A DNA stretch of 55,493 nt, from the NCBI GenBank assembly GCA_964492355.1, contig CAZBKF010000002.1:1-55493 (forward strand), in the 5' to 3' direction. Both the position numbers and the translations under genes were made by a program. Shown here piece by piece: positions 54,501-55,493 of the stretch (positions are counted from its first letter, which is position 1; every line of letters starts with the position of its first letter). The notes under the pieces are model-generated. The model saw nothing but the letters and a program-made list of their open reading frames with translations. It ran no database searches and was not told where the DNA came from. Origin of the DNA: an uncultured Rickettsiales bacterium (lineage in GTDB: Bacteria; Myxococcota_A; UBA796; UBA9615).

Positions 54501-55493
54501 GACGACAACGACCCGCTGATCAACTCCGCGGCGACCGAGGTCTGCGGTGACGGCATCGACAACAACTGCAGCGGCACGGCCGATGACCTCGACGTCGACC
54601 TCGATGGTGGCATCAGCGGCGACTGCAACGGCGACGACTGCGACGACGCGGACGCGACGGCCTTCGTGGGCAACACCGAGGTGTGCGACGGCGTCGACAA
54701 CGACTGCGATGGCCTCGAGGACGGTGCGGACTTCGACCTGGACACGACGGTGGTCGCGGCGGCTCCCGAGACGGTCGCCAGCACCCCCGGCACCACCATC
54801 GACAGCTCCACCCCGGCGATCACGGAGGCCTTGACCTTCGCGGGCACGGGCTACGTGACCGACGTGACGGTCACGATCGACATCACCCACGAGTGGGACG
54901 GTGATCTGAACATCTCCCTCATCTCGCCGACCGGCACGTCCGTCGACCTGAGCTCCGGCAACGGCGGCAGCTCGGACGACTACACCGCGACGGTGTTCAG
55001 CGACTCGGCGGCCACCTCGATCACCTCGGGCAGCGCTCCCTTCACCGGCACGTTCCAGCCCGAAGAACCCCTCAGTGGCTTCTACGGCGAGCTCGTGACG
55101 GGCGACTGGACGCTCGACGTCACGGACACCTTCCCGTCCGGCGACGACGGCGTGCTGAACTCCGTCTCGGTCACGATCGAGTCGAGCGTCGGGCTGTCCA
55201 CGGCTGACGTGGACCAGGATGGCTGGATGGGCTCCGCAATCTGCGCGGTGGGTCCGAGCGACTGCGACGACGCGGATGCGACCATCAACCCCGACGCCTT
55301 CGACATCTGCGGTGACACCATCGACCAGGACTGCGACGGCGCGGACGCGGCCGGTGACGTCGACGCGGATACGTTCATCGCCGAGGCTTGCGGCGGCGAC
55401 GACTGCGACGACGCGGACGCGACGGTGAACCCCGACGCGATCGAGGTCTGCAACGACGCGATCGACAACGACTGCGACGCCACGACCGACGAC
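51534..55493 (+). CDS. Giant secreted Cys-rich-repeat (MopE-type putative metal-binding motif) protein with two proprotein-convertase P-domains; 3'-truncated by the window edge
   Basis: Hand translation of all 1320 codons from ATG 51534 to the window end found no stop, and GC3 is close to 100%. The signal peptide is MPSCLRSTLATMAGLFILAPAAALAQ. About 14 modules fit CGG.DCDD.DA.INP.A.E.C.D.IDNDCDG. The P-domain signatures are DITHTWDGDIDIVLTAPSGNSV...GTWSLSITD...LNSWSVTIE and DITHEWDGDLNISLISPTGTSV...GDWTLDVTD...LNSVSVTIE. It is not in the ORF track because it has no stop in the window. Confidence 0.85.
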   Translation, partial: MPSCLRSTLATMAGLFILAPAAALAQGGPDAGGHIWNTTTYDFVVLDPASSGSGTALALTTSDQEFDVTLPWQFAFYGNSYSTITVGENGAIAMGGGANLFNGNGSLPDTSTDSADIAVFWDSLDAWDSGASAAVGGIFTYDDTANSRFIVSWENVGYSSDNTPGGSFQVHLMADGTMSFHYADTDFGGSGDFGASATVGIQDFTNGTADQGNALEISYNTASITDGVTAYGISFCADGDVDGFYDIACGGDDCDDAAAAINPAAAETCNDGIDQDCSGADSLDDVAADGGINTDCGGDARHELDATINPPTAEVCDDSIDNDCDATTPDIFDADADTYDCDDDCDDSDAAVNAGATEVCSDGIDNDCDGIPLLSDTDLDGDIAIACGGTDCDDFDASLNTLTDADGDGFDSCSDCDDTSAVSLPGGTEVCDGLDNDCDGIGAGVAEFGGTNSTSMFGPGSNRGRGGIWAITSTTILNSVGARLDVPVGSDVVFAVYAGPATGVATGPSDFSLMATATYTSAADGLMDRMVDIGVTLDAGFDYGFMYYWTDSVGYGYTSGTSFPIVAPFGGQYTSVFDSSNSSPPAVGSGSTSSTHYSLILGVGDELADADADGVTACLGDCIDSDATVNPSAVEVCDTLDNNCDGNTDDVDLDIDGEVDEACGGTDCNDADAAINTAATEVCDGVDGDCDGLDDTMDTDLGPPIVANAPETQSSTPGAGISDSNPTTTDTVTFATVGAVTDINVSVDITHTWDGDIDIVLTAPSGNSVTLADRIGGSANDYTGTTFDDEATGPITASSPPYTGTFQPQNALSALDGESVAGTWSLSITDYAGGDNGTLNSWSVTIESGSGGADIDFDGFIDNSLCATIDADCDDTDATIYPGALEICGDSIDQDCDGVDTTGDVDTDTYASVECGGTDCDDNNILVFDGSDNDGDSALGCQDDCDDTNAAVGPFATEVCSDGIDNDCDGIAFEGADVDLDGETDCTDCDDNDPLINSAATEVCGDGIDNNCSGTADDLDVDLDGGISGDCNGDDCDDADATAFVGNTEVCDGVDNDCDGLEDGADFDLDTTVVAAAPETVASTPGTTIDSSTPAITEALTFAGTGYVTDVTVTIDITHEWDGDLNISLISPTGTSVDLSSGNGGSSDDYTATVFSDSAATSITSGSAPFTGTFQPEEPLSGFYGELVTGDWTLDVTDTFPSGDDGVLNSVSVTIESSVGLSTADVDQDGWMGSAICAVGPSDCDDADATINPDAFDICGDTIDQDCDGADAAGDVDADTFIAEACGGDDCDDADATVNPDAIEVCNDAIDNDCDATTDD
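52227..55493 (+). repeat. Dispersed coding repeats (~90-100 nt Cys-rich modules) within the giant gene
   Basis: gactgcgacgac occurs at least 10 times (near 52290, 52696, 52772, 54151, 54286, 54361, 54493, 54636, 55258 and 55398). atcgacaacgactgcgacgg-type strings also recur. Confidence 0.85.

Noticed and set aside
51021-54890. 1289-aa minus-strand ORF, the longest in the track
   Set aside because: The translation is low-complexity V/G/D/A/R-rich sequence. It overlaps the NlpC/P60 gene. The plus strand carries a domain-rich, stop-free, high-GC3 frame. This is the classic antisense shadow ORF of GC-rich DNA.

Overview
This is a very GC-rich bacterial chromosomal segment. GC is about 70% by eye and was not computed; third codon positions are almost all G/C. 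The gene content looks like Myxococcota: Ser/Thr kinases, a sigma-54 activator, PEGA/LysM/TSP3 domains and MopE-type Cys-rich repeats. That taxonomic call is an inference. About 40 tightly packed protein genes are supported, many joined by ATGA/GTGA/TGATG start-stop overlaps. I saw no rRNA, tRNA or CRISPR array.

Main blocks:
- (1) The 3' tail of an IS110-family transposase at the left edge, followed by about 570 nt of structured non-coding DNA.
- (2) An ECF sigma / anti-sigma envelope cluster with poly-Asp lipoproteins.
- (3) PBP4 and TPR-CapA.
- (4) A Ser/Thr kinase operon.
- (5) Methyltransferase plus V4R-GAF-adenylate cyclase, GNAT, and a LysM lytic transglycosylase.
- (6) NtrB/NtrC-like genes, then thiE, a lipoprotein and pabB.
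- (7) A vWA lipoprotein, then an intergenic tandem repeat that carries palindromes.
- (8) The most unusual locus. A ligase-less, Hen1-less Pnkp-type kinase-phosphatase is coupled to an MmgE/PrpD protein and a rhomboid protease. It lies divergent from a CHAT / cyclase-like / STAND-ATPase / pseudokinase giant that is split by a frameshift at a G6 run.
- (9) Molybdenum-cofactor genes (fdhD, moaA, mrp/apbC, moeA) interleaved with a binding-protein / hybrid-kinase / metzincin operon.
- (10) An outer-membrane and cell-wall cluster.
- (11) A giant secreted gene, more than 1320 codons, with Cys-rich repeats and P-domains. It runs off the right edge, so it is missing from the ORF track. Its antisense strand produces the longest ORF in the track (1289 aa), which is an artefact.

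All homology calls come from motif recognition by eye, with no database search. Start codons are best guesses.
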